Shown here: positions 1 through 11,799 of the stretch, one piece after another
Layout: each line of letters opens with the position of its first letter
Position numbering within the stretch: position 1 is the stretch's first letter
Source of the DNA: Octopus vulgaris
Taxonomy: Eukaryota
NCBI GenBank assembly: GCA_951406725.2
Contig: OX597816.1
Location: forward strand, 170,190,001-170,254,000
Length of the DNA: 64,000 nt
Direction of reading: 5' to 3'
Notes under the pieces: generated by a model
What the model was told of the DNA's origin: nothing
Seen by the model: the letters and a program-made list of their open reading frames with translations, nothing else
Database searches by the model: none
Translations under genes and position numbers: made by a program

Positions 1-644
1 GCGAACGTAATATGATTTATTGTTATATTTATTGTACATTTATTAAAATTTCTATTGGTGGTAGCTTCATTAAGTAAACGGTCAATTGCTTCATTAAGAC
101 TGCCTTGAATTCTGCATATATGCTTGCTTGTTGAGAGGGAATATGTGCCGCCAATGAAAATTAATCTGCCTCTGTCTTTCCTTTGGCAAGAAATGATAAT
201 GTGTGATCTGGAGTAGCTCTCAATCTCTGCGGTTGTTCTTGGCAGGCCTTCGTTCTAATACATCTGACACAAAGTGCCTCAGTGATGTTCATGAATCGAC
301 ATGATATCACTGCGAGCCGATTGGCTGATAATTAGAACAGACTGCATGACACGAAGCAGATCTACTGGTGGTACGAGCCTGCAATTGAAAAATGTGAGGT
401 TCGATTGTAGATCTCTATACATTTTTAATATTCAAATGTTTTTCCAGTGAAGAACAAACTCACAACTAGCATTACTTTGGCAGGACTTTGTGTCATTTCT
501 GAAAATATAAGATGACCTTCAGTTGGAGTAATAACAGCGCCACTCACTGAACAAAAATATGTTCTGGTAAGTACACATTTGCATGAGTGTGTGCATAACG
601 TGTGCAGAAGATATACTGATAGAGAGCTTGATAGCTAGCTAGTT

Positions 645-732
645 AGATAGATAGATAAATAGATAGATAGATAGATAGATTGATAGATAGAAAGAAAGAC
701 AGGGAGAGAGTCACAACGAGAGAGAGAGAGAG
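645..732. repeat. (GATA)n/(GA)n microsatellite
   Basis: Visible tandem tagatagata... followed by gagagaga. Confidence 0.9.
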
Positions 733-761
733 CAATGTATATTATAATTATGAATTATAAT

Positions 762-975
762 ACGGCAATCTTGTAGAATCATTAGCACGCCAGACAAAAT
801 ACTTAGCGGCATTTCGTCCGTCTTTACATTCTAAGTTCAAATCCCCCCCCCCCGCTGGTCAGCTTCCTGTGGCCCCTTCAGGTCGATCATGTAAGTACCA
901 GTCAAGTACTGGGTCGATGTAATCGACTAGCCCCCTCCAAAACTTAACGCCCTGTGGCTATAGTACGAAATATTA
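762..975 (+). mobile_element. Diverged SINE, family B
   Basis: gtagaatcattagcacgccagacaaaatacttagcggcatttcgtc...gttcaaat...gtcgat...aagtaccagt matches the copies at 5461-5944. Confidence 0.75.
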
Positions 976-1177
976 TAACTTCAGTGAAAATAGAGAAAAT
1001 ATATTGCGCTTCAATGAATCAGTTATTGATTTGCCAACGTGCCTACTATCGATACCTGCGCGGCAAATGAAGGAAGGGCACTATAAAGAAAGGATTAGAG
1101 AAGAAGAAATCTGTCGAATTCAGAGACCTATCACTTAAACGTGCAATCCAAAATTACATCACGAAATGTGAAAGAAT

Positions 1178-1590
1178 ACTATCTTTTTTTACTTTTTTTA
1201 CTTGTTTCACTCATTTGACTACTGCCATGCTGGAGCACCGCCTTTAGTCGAAGAAATCGACCCCAGGAATTTGTAAGCCTTGTACTTATTATATCGGTCT
1301 CTTGCCGAATAACTAATTTACGGGACGTAAACACACCAGTATCCGTTGTCAAGCGATGTTGGGGGGACAAACACAGACACACAAACGTATACACACGCAT
1401 ACATATATACATATATATACATATATATGACGGGCTTCTTTCAGTTTCCGTCTACCAAATCCACTCACAATGCTTTGGTCGGCCCGAGGCTATAGTAGAA
1501 GACACTTGCCCAAGGCGCCACGCAGTGAGACTGAACCCGGAGCCATGTGGTTGGTAAGCAAGCTACTTACCACACAGCCACTCCTACGCC
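1178..1590 (-). mobile_element. tRNA-derived SINE, family A, with internal (TA)n/(TG)n
   Basis: Reverse complement of the copies at 27571 and 62326: head ggcgtaggagtggctgtgtggtaag, B-box ggttcagtc, tail gagtgaaacaagtaaaa. Confidence 0.9.
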
Positions 1591-1639
1591 TTGATATGAA
1601 ATATATTAAAGAATACTGTTTATTTAGTCTTCAAATCAA

Positions 1640-1860
1640 AGGTGGAAAGCAGACATAATCGTTAGCACGTGGGACAAAAAGCTTAGCGGCATTTCGTTCA
1701 TCTTTACGTTCTGTGTTCAAATTACGTCGAGGTCGACTTTACCTTTCATTCTTTTGGGGTCGATAAAATAAGTACCAGTCGAGCACTGTGGTCGGTGAAA
1801 TCGATTCCCTCCTGCCCCAGAAATTCGTGATCTTATGCCAAAATTTGGATTCATATTTGA
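1640..1860 (+). mobile_element. Diverged SINE, family B
   Basis: aatcgttagcacg...gcttagcggcatttcg...gaggtcgactttacctttcattcttttggggtcgataaaataagtaccagt. Confidence 0.8.
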
Positions 1861-3200
1861 TATTCAAATCTAAAGCCAAAACATATTTCCAAAGTCACCA
1901 CAGAATTCTTTAAAATGTTCTGCTGGAAAAATAGCCTCAGTTAACAGTTTCAGAGACAAGAAGATGCATCACTTAGACGTACGAACGTTGGAAGCAAAGC
2001 AAAAACATCAATAAATATATTGAGTAATTAATTAATTAAATTTAATTAATAAAAATGTAAGTATCAGGAATAGCATAAACTCATTAATACAAGTAATTAT
2101 TTAGAAAATTTCAAAACAAGATGACACATAATTAAGCAAGAATGTTGCTGAAGTTTGCTGAAACACCTTACAAATGAAATTATGATAAACATAGACGATA
2201 CCCTAAAAAATTATAACAATGCAACAACGACGCATATAAGGTCATAAACAGCTCCAAAGATCGGTTTCAATATAACAAAAACAATGGCAACATGTTGATA
2301 AGAACAATAACAAATATATATATACATATACACATTCTAGCACTCTAGTGTATGTGACATTTGCAGGTACACCGGAACAAAAATAGTTTCCGACTGTAAA
2401 TTGCAACGTCATAAATATGGTGTAATGATAAATATTAACTTTAAATGTAAATTATATTTTCTATATCATGTAATATGAGCTCTCTTCAACTTTTGTTTAT
2501 AAAGTTGACATCAGAATGCGGATATAAGTATGTGTTTATGCATGAACGTTTGTCTGTATGTATGTTTTATGTATGTGTCAGTATAAACATACGTAATTTA
2601 TTCTACTTGCAAGTTATGGATGCTGTTATAGATGGGAAATCTTGATTCGAAGATAACTTTTTGATAGATATTGACTTACTTCTATTTACACCGTTGGAAT
2701 GTCACCTTTCCTAAATTTTAATGATCCATATCTATTGTGCATTCATACATTTCTTTTACTAGTGTTTAGTAAAATACATAATTTATTCTACTTACAATTG
2801 TCAGTTTTCTGTATTTTATCTATTTTTTGACGGAGTTTCTTCTCACCTCTATCTAAGCTCTTGACTTCTTTCTTATCTTATTTTTTTCTCTGACGATTTC
2901 ATGTATCATGGTTTATGAGCTCTTATTTTCTTTCTAAATGTTTTGATGTCGAGAAGTTGTAGACATTTGTTGATGCTTAGATAAAATTCAGCATTCTTCA
3001 TGCAAACATATGATCAAATTTGTTTCAACTATCACCGTCCCCTTTTGGCTTGATGCAGTTTATCAAATGTGCCCTTCCGATATTAAAATGGTTCGAACTT
3101 TTGGCAGCAATTCCTAGCAGGTCGAGTAACTCTGTAAATATTCCAGCATGAACGCGTAAATGTATGAGTTTCAATATATATATATACATACATACATACA

Positions 3201-3232
<32 letters not shown>

Positions 3233-3641
3233 CCCGTGTAAAATCTGAGTGGTGACCACCGCTGATGCCATGTGCGGTTGTTTTTAGTTTAAGCCGCAGC
3301 GAGAAATTGGGTTTGCTAAGAAATAAAAGCAGGGATATAAATTTTTCAAAAGTGGAGAGAATGACTGAGAGAGAGAGAGATTACTTTTTGTATATATACT
3401 TATTTTATTATGCTTTTTCATAATTCATTCTTTATTTTGCAAGCAGATGCAGAAAAATTTTAATATATTTCGTTCTAGAATTGTAACTTATCTACGCGCC
3501 ACAATTTGCGATAAAACTACACGGTTATATTTAACATCTACGAACTATATAAACGATCGACTTCACTTTTCTGCGTTTTTTCAAATGGTGGAGAAAAGAT
3601 GTCAAAGGAGTCACTTAGAAGAGAGATTACCATTGACATTA

Positions 3642-4034
3642 TCTTTATATATAAAAGAGAGGTTGTGTGTCTGTCTCCTACGATTTAGATTCCTAACTAC
3701 TCCCACATTTTGCGGTGCAGTTTAACCAAAACCGGGTATAGTCGTGATTCATATCGAGCCCTTCTGGGTATTAGCGCGCGTCTACGATGAGTCTACGATT
3801 TAAAAAAGAAATTACCATCATTTTTTCCATTTTAATGCATTTTTTTCGCTATTATATAAGGGAAGTAACTCTCTAAAAATGTCTACGATGTGTCAACGAT
3901 TTTAAAAAAAAATTTACCATAATTTTTTTTCCATTTTTAATGCATTTTTTTGCTATTTTTTGGCTATAACTCTCTAAAACGCTTATATAGTTATTTCCCT
4001 TACAAACCCGAGCAACGCCGGACGATACTGCTAG
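3642..4034 (+). mobile_element. Non-autonomous Helitron
   Basis: Begins A|TC and ends with hairpin ccgagcaacgccgg then CTAG|T; no TSD; closely similar to 56434-56829. Confidence 0.85.
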
Positions 4035-4856
4035 TAAAGAATACAATCGATATTTTCTATTTCTTTTACTAAATCAGTAGAAGAGAGTTTGGTTGATCGA
4101 AAGTCTGTTACGTGTTTAAGATTTCATTCTTAAGATTTCAATGCTCTTATTTTATTTCTCCTATTTATCTTTGTATTCTTTGTGTTTTTTCCAGTGTATA
4201 TTCGCTTTGTTTGTTAATTCATCATGTAGATATAATTACCTTTTTCTCGAAAACCTACATACAAGCCCGATTTTTCTCCGGTGCGAATGTGGAGGTCTTT
4301 GGTCGTTTTTCCCATGCAGTTTATCACATCAGGATGATTTCGGATTAGTTTTCAATGTTTCATCTCACCATGGCATCTTGCCCTCAGTTTATTGTGTTGT
4401 ATTCATATTTCGGCCATTGTTCGACACCCACATGTGAAATTTGACTGACGACCGCCGCTGCGGTCATGTGCGATTGTTTTTAGTTTAAGAGGTAGAGAGA
4501 AATAGGGTTTGCTAAGAAACAAAACGGGGAAGGAGAAAATTACCTCAAGAGGAGAAATCACTAAGATATTTTTTTATATACTTATTTTATCATTTCTAAA
4601 TAATTTATTCTTTTTTTTATTATTTTTTGTTGTTTTTGTTGCAAGTTGATGCAAATATATTTAAATCTATTTCGTCCTAAAATTTGAACTTATCAATGTA
4701 CCGCAACTTGGGATAAAGCTACATGGTCATTTAAAACATCTAGGTATTATATAAACGATATGCATACACATATACACATATGTACACACACACACCCATA
4801 CACACACACACACATATATATATATATACATATATATATACGTGAATATATATAGA

Positions 4857-5211
4857 CGCACAAATGCTACTTGTGGTGGAGAACGTTTATATATATTCAA
4901 TGGCAACTTTTTCAAGCTTCTCTTGTAAACAATGAAAGATCCAGAGGAACAGTGACAAGATAGCCAGATGTCACTAAGTGCCTCAGAAATTAGTAATCAC
5001 ACTTGCGTAGGTGGTAATTCCGAGGAGAAATGAGACGTGTTTTGGAGAACAAGAGAATAATGGAAAATTGAGACAAACTATCAAGTTGTTATTGAAATCA
5101 TTTATATCACCATATCACATGGTGATATAAATGATTTAAATAACATCTTGTGCGTTTGTGTCCATTTTCTATTACTCTTATGTTCTCTAAAACACGTCAC
5201 ATATCTCCTCG
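4857..5211 (+). mobile_element. Putative PLE end with fold-back
   Basis: Starts after (TA)n; hammerhead-like motif at 4938-4998; inverted repeat 5021-5211. Confidence 0.45.
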
Positions 5212-5460
5212 ATAAACGTGACTTCATTCTGCCTTCAGTGCATTGAAGTTTTTCTCTTGTTATTTGCATCAGATTTTATTGAATAAAGAAAGTCTCATTC
5301 CGCATTCAGCTGCTATTGAAAGCTCAGTCAAGATGGTTGTCTGTTAATTTAATTTTAGCCTACTGGCGCATATTTTTGCTTAATGGAGACCTAAAACGTC
5401 TCCATTAAACAAAAATATTAGCAGGTAACGCTGGGTGCTTGGTTTCAGCCGGCGATACCT

Positions 5461-5944
5461 GGAGCTGGCAGAATCGTTAGCACGCCGGGCGAAATGGTAT
5501 CTCGTCTGCCGCTATGTTCTGAGTTCAAATTCCGCCGAGGTCGACTTTGCCTTTCATCCTTTCGAGGTCGATTAAATAAGTACCTATTTCTTTATTACCC
5601 ACAAGGGGCTAAACACAGAGCAGACAAACAAGGACAGGCATAGGTATTAAGTCGATTACATCGACCCCAGTGCGTAACTGGTACTTAATTTATCGACCCC
5701 GAAAGGATGAAAGGCAAAGTCGACCTCGGCGGAATTTGAACTCACAATGTAACGCAGACGAAATACCGCTAAGCATTTCGCCCTGCGTGCTAACGTTTCT
5801 GCCAGCTCGCCGCCTTCTGCCAGCTCGCAGATTAAATAAGTACCAGTTACGCACTGGAGTCGATATATAATCGACTTAATCCGTTTGTCTGTCCATGTTT
5901 GTCCTCTCTGTGTTTAGCCCCTTGTGGGTAGTAAAGAAATAGAT
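5461..5944 (+). mobile_element. SINE family B, interrupted by an antisense copy of the same family
   Basis: gagctggcagaatcgttagcacgccgggcgaaatg...; resumes at 5845 and ends gtgggtagtaaagaaatag. Confidence 0.9.
5585..5829 (-). mobile_element. Full-length SINE family B, nested, 15-bp TSD
   Basis: TSD gattaaataagtacc at 5570-5584 and 5830-5844. Confidence 0.9.
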
Positions 5945-7135
5945 ATCTGATTATTGAGGCAGATGTAAAAAGGAAATTTTATTAACCCGTTTCGAACCAG
6001 TATTGTCTATGGTGGAAAATACAAATATAATTTAAACTCTTAAAATTTGAAAGGTTAAACCTTGTAGTTCAGTTCCTAAATTAAACACTGCGTTTATATT
6101 TGAGAGGCAGAACTCAAAATAAAAGCATTCTCTTCATAAAGTACTGTATAAAATTGTTTTAAAACCAATTTTCCTGAAAAAATACTGTCTCTAATGAATG
6201 TTCTTTTACCGTCTAAATGTTTAAAGTATGACGATGTATGGTAATTAATTATAACAATTGCCTGGTTGTTGTTGCTGTGTAGCTCCAGATTCACTATGAG
6301 TGCATGGTTGGGTAGTCGAGTGAAAGATGAAATGTCACTCTATATCCGTCTTCTCAATTACTCAATGTCTCCGGTTACATAAGTTTCGCACTGCACAATT
6401 TAACATGGAATCATGATACTATGTTCATATTGAATTATCTCCATTTTTCACTATATTTATTGCGGTGGCGGCTACAGCAGAGAAAAGCAAAATAGATTCG
6501 GTGAGAGTACGACAGTTCTTGTTCCTCTGCACTGCTGCTGTTATATGAATATATTTCAGGTTGCGGTGTCTTCTATTCGACCACTTGTTTAACTCATGAT
6601 ATATACACATCAATGAAACTCTTTTTTCCTTTATTACGAAGTCTCCTCCATTGTGACAGATTTTGTTTAACTGGATACAAAGCATTTAAATCATGGATTT
6701 TTCTGCTATGGGGTAGAAAAACGATTTCTCAGTTATTGATACTTAAGTGTCATGTGTGGTTTGGAAATATTTCTCTGCATCTAAGGTGCTTTTCATGCCA
6801 TTAATGATTTACTAAGAAATATTTTAAACTTTTTATCATCTTTACACACATTTCTGGTAATATTGTGCGTCCTTGTTTTACCTGTAATGTGTTTTTGTGA
6901 ATATTTCAAAAACAAATTTTAAGTAGTTTTCGTGAGCAACGTAAGACATCTGAACATTTTCCTGCATGAAATGGGTATTAAAATATTCCAGGGCTTTCAA
7001 AGGAGAAATATTAAAGGGGTTTTATGTGAATATAGTACAATAAAAGCGAAGTGAATATCAATAGCAGAGTGCCATAAATATATTTTAAAATTTGAGAAAG
7101 TAATGCTGAATATCATATATATATATATATATATA

Positions 7136-7660
7136 GGAGGAATTCCAGAATTCCAACCACATTTCGTGGTTCGCTACCTCACAGCTCTTTTATAGGATCC
7201 GGTGGCTAAAGAGATCATCAGGAGGAACCACGTCCGGTTTCGGCCCCTACTCCTCTACCGCGTTCGACGTGGCGTGGCCCGCTTTTTGGGGGTGTCTTCA
7301 GCTCTGGAGTTGAGTGCGTTTCTACTTCCGCTTTTTTCTTTTGTTCTTTGGTTTCTTTGATGCAACGTCAACGAATGTCAGCAGGCGACTGACCATCCTG
7401 CAAATGTCTGTATAAATATCCCCCGGTGGGCTTCAACAGCCAGCACCAGCTAACTGTCACGTGATACTGTCTAAGCTTCAACTGACCAGTGGAGGGGAAG
7501 GGCGCGTAGTTTTAGCCCACGCTCTCTTTAAACTTGCCTCCCAAGAGTGTCATGTTAGTTTCAGTTCCAGCAGGCGGAGCCGACCAGCTGTTTAGTGGCA
7601 AAAGCTTTCGAACCATGAGGAGGGCGCGCTATGACGGAGATCGCTACCTGAGCCCACCTG
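7136..7660 (-). mobile_element. CpG-rich segment, putative PLE 3' end
   Basis: Ends in (TA)n; minus strand carries CTGAAGA...GAAA and CTGATGA...GAAA motifs and a long hairpin; it replaces the 3' end of the adjacent RTE. Confidence 0.35.
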
Positions 7661-9810
7661 TTAATTAGCTTTAATTGAGGTGATGCCTGCCGATGCAAGG
7701 ACATCTGTGTTCGGAGTAAAAGAACTCCATTTAATTTTTTTAAATCGATGAAGGCATTTTTGGTGGAATAGTTCTAACAGTTTAAAATGCCTTTCATAAC
7801 AAGTCCAAGTTTCACAGGAATACAACAGGAATGGTAAGACAAATGATTTGTAAAGAGCCAGCTTTGTATTCTTATTTATATGTTGTTGGCACCAAACGCG
7901 TGACCCCAAGTCACCAAATGCTTTTGCTGCCACTTGAATTCGCAGCTGTATTTCTGTATCGAGATTTCCATCATTTTGACCAGAGCTTCCAAGGTAGACG
8001 AACGAATCAATAATTGCAAGTAACACCCTTATCAAAATTTTAGTGGGGTTATAAACAGCACAAGACGCAAGTTGATGAATTACAACTGTTTTTTTCAAGT
8101 TGATTGTCAAGCCAAAATCATCACAAGCTGAATCAAATGCAGATACAAGAGATTGCAGACCTGTTTCAGAATAACTGACAAGACCGCAATCGTCAGCATG
8201 CAAAGGTTCCTTAATAAGTAAAAGCCTGCGTTTTGAATTTCAGTCTGGTCAGATTAAAAACATCCCCTGTTGTTCGATATTTTATGTAAATACCCTCCTT
8301 GGAGTTTTGAAAAGCATGTGACAACACAACAGTATATTGCAAAGAGGGTGGGTGAATCAAGGTCTCCTTGCTTTACTCCATTTTCCACTACAATATTTCA
8401 GAGAGCCTACCACCAAAATTAAGTCTAGCTTTCATAGTTTGATGCAAAGCCATGACCATGTTTACAAAATTTTCTAGGTAACCTATTTTCTTTAGAATTA
8501 GCCACAGAGAATTTCGACTAACAGTATCGAATGCTTTGCTCAAGGGCAAGATTCTGTTCAATGCACTTTTCTTGTAATTGTCTGACAGTAAAGACACAAT
8601 CTTCTGTGACCCTGGAGGAACGAAAATCACACTGAGACACAGACACTATATTTGGAACTATAAAGGTATTTAAACGTTCTAACAAAATGCGGGCAAGTAC
8701 TTTTCCAACCACAGACAAAAGCGCGATCCTACGGAAATTACCACACAGATCCTTTGGCCCCAATTTATACAAGGAGACTAAAATGGCATCAATCCAGTCT
8801 TGAGGTACTTTCTCAGTTCCCCAACAGTGACAAATTAATATATTTAAGAGTTCATACATTTTGCCACCCCCATATTTCAAGACTTCTGCACAGACTCCTC
8901 TATAGCTGGAAGGTGTTCACTTTTTTCTATCATCGTCATGTCACCGGATGATGTTCTATTCAAAATTGCAGAAAAAATTCTACCCAACGCTTATGAATAG
9001 AAGTGCTGTCAGTCGGAAGAAAATGCCCATTTGCTGTTCACACTGGAGCTGTTGAGGAAGATTTTGGGCCATATGCTTTTCTAACATAAGAGTACAAACC
9101 CTTGCCATCATTTCTATCAGCTGCTTCTTGTGATCCTTTTGCTCTATCATTCTACCATCCTTGTTTAATTTTCCTTAGAGCAGACTGCATTTTCCTTTTC
9201 AGTTTTCTGTAAGTTTCGTTTGATTTAGGGCTCAAGGACTGAGAAAGAAGTGTATTGCCTAAGTTTCGTTTTTCTAAAAGTGGACCATGAATTTCTGTTG
9301 ATCTCTCTGAGAACCAGTCACTGGATTTATGAGAGTTAAATCCCCCTGACAAACTTGTAGCCTGAAATTCTTTCGCTTCGAAATCTTCCCATAGATTGTT
9401 TGGGTCAAGATTGATACTTTCTATAGCATCGTGGAATGTTTGCAAGTTACTTCATGATTTAAAGTTTCCAACATTTACCTTTTTGGGTACCCTAGAACCA
9501 GACTGTCGATTTGTAGGCATTATCGAAAAATCTATTTTCCACTAGATGATGGTCAGTCCAGCTCTCTATCCCTCTCATGACCCGAACGCAAGAAACTTCT
9601 TTCATATCACGTTTCCTGATCAGAATATAATCTATGAGATGCCAGTGGTTAGATCTTGGGTGCATCCAGGTGGTTATTTATTTATATTTCAACCTAAACA
9701 CAGTGTTGGTAACAACCAGTTTATTCTCAGTACAAAACATCAAAAGATCTATTCCATTTTTATTGCATTTTCCAATCCAATATCAATGTAAAACAGGCCA
9801 TACATATTGA
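7661..9810 (-). mobile_element. Degenerate RTE-clade LINE (AP endonuclease end + RT)
   Basis: Fragments WMHPRSNHWHLIDYIL, VPQDWIDAILVSLYK..GNFRRIALLSVVGKVLARIL, SKAFDTVSR, HADD, FVYLGS, LLYSCETWT; stops and frameshifts. Confidence 0.9.
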
Positions 9811-10293
9811 TTAATTAGTTGTTATTTTGTATTAAACCTTCTAAAAATTTAAATTAAAAAAACAGCGGGAACTTAGTTGCCAACCCAATAGATGACTTTT
9901 CTAATTAAATACCACCTAAGTTGCGTCTACTAGATGTGTGTATATGTGTGATTATGTGTTTGTGTGCGTGCGTGCAGGTGGGGAAAAGGAAGCAAATATG
10001 GTTTATGACAGAATATGGTTTATGACAGAGAAATTTGAAGTTATCATATGACAGAACCAGATATATAAAAGTGAAACTAATATATCAATAAATGTCCGAA
10101 AGCTGCAACGTCTCGTAATTCGACGTTAGTTTAAATAGATTGACAAGAAATTCAGTTATACATAGTAGAAGAAGAGTATAAAATAGACCAAGTTTAGCGT
10201 AAGTAAAGGCTCGGTTTCGTCTGAAGTCAATCTAGATGTCATATGATCTTTCAAATCACATTCAATGTCCAATGAAGGGAAGATTAATTTATT

Positions 10294-11523
10294 TCAGGTC
10301 ATCCCATAAGTTCTGTCCGATTTTACCTTTTTTTTAAATTGAATGAAATTCAATAGTATTTTAGGATTTCTCATTGATTTTAAAATTTATTTTTATGCAT
10401 TTGTGTACATTTAAACTAATCAAATATTATTTTACAGAATAATAGAAGTAACATTTCTTTGATTAAAACCCTTTCTAACATGGAAGCATCTGAAGAGCAT
10501 TTGAGGCACATAATGCTTTATGAGTATAAAAATGGAAACTCTGCAGCCAAAGCGACATCAAAAAACATTCACTCAGTTTATGGGAAAGAATGCTTGAATG
10601 AAAGAACTTGCAGAAGATGGTTTGCAAGATTCAGAAGTGGAGATTTCAGCCTTGAAGATGAAGATCGAACAGGACTTCCAGTTGATAATAAGCTCCTTGG
10701 GACATTATCAGTTGAAGAATTGGCAATAAAGCTTAGTTCAAACCATACAAATATTCATCGTCATCTTCAACATCTTGGAAAGGTTCCTAAACTTGGAAAA
10801 TGGGTGCCTCATGAATTGTCTGAAAGCAACTGCAAATTCCGAGTTGGCATCTGGTCTTCTCTCCATCCTCGCGAAATCATTTCACCCTTTTTGGATAGAC
10901 TTGTGACTGGTGACAAAATTGAATCTTCTATCGAAGTGTTAAACGTCGTAAACAGAGAAGGGGACTTCATGGGAAAAAGTTTTTTTCTGTCTATCTGGTG
11001 GGATTGAAAAGGAGTAATTCACTTTTTATTGTTACCACCTAATTCAACAATCAATGCTCAAGTCTGCTGTCAGCAATTAGAGCGTTTGAAGCAAGCTTTG
11101 AAGAAAAAAAAAACCCGCCTTAGTGAATCGAAAAGGAATGGTTTCATCAGGACAATGCACGACCCCACACTGCAAAGATCACATCACAGAAGATCGAAGA
11201 GCTTGGTTGGGAAACAATTCCTCATCCACCTTATTCTCCCGACATTGCTCCTTCACGCTACCATTTGTTTCGTAGTTTACAGAATCATTTGGGGGACATA
11301 ACTTTTGCAAGCCAGGAGGAGGTCGACTCTGACATTGTAGAGTTCTTCGCTTTGAAACCAAAAGAGCTTTCCACTCATTGGATTAAAAAGCTTGTAAATA
11401 GATGGAAGGAAGTCATAGATAATTAGGGAATGGTTCGTTGATGATTAAATTTCAATTAAATATAACATTTGATCACTTGTTTTCTTTATTCAAAATTCGG
11501 ACAGAACTTATGGGATGACCTGA
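10294..11523 (+). mobile_element. Full-length mariner DNA transposon
   Basis: Perfect 27-bp TIR tcaggtcatcccataagttctgtccga at 10294-10320 and 11497-11523; TA on the right flank; ~1.23 kb. Confidence 0.95.
10480..11448 (+). pseudogene. Mariner D,D34D transposase pseudogene
   Basis: HTH (RRWFARFRSGDFSLED), WVPHEL, VTGD, HQDNARPH, HPPYSPDIAPS(R)YHLF; frameshifts, stops and the third catalytic D replaced by R. Confidence 0.92.
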
Positions 11524-11799
11524 TATATAACACATGTTATTTACACTGTTTTCATTTAGTTTTAATTATATATTTATCATATTTAACTATATATTCAATT
11601 CCTTGTCTCCTCGTGAAGACTCTTCTGGATAGATATTTCTTGTTTATATTCTCCACACAATTTGTTCTCTGATAATTTGCATAAAAGGGGGAAAAAGACA
11701 TAGAATATACCATCCCAAGATATTTTTTTTAAATCAGAAAATATAAACTTCTTTATGGCTGCTGAGATAAGAGTTTACTCAAAATAACCGTCCTCACCT

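Noticed and set aside
290-380. Tc1-like terminal sequence (gattggctgat...)
   Set aside because: Faint resemblance only; no partner TIR seen.
448-566. Selenoprotein exon (in-frame TGA)
   Set aside because: No recognisable selenoprotein motif and no SECIS on the same strand.
7165-7232. SECIS-like stem (ATGA, helix, CC) on the minus strand
   Set aside because: The 3' side lacks the GA of the quartet, and it is on the opposite strand from the TGA-containing exon candidate.
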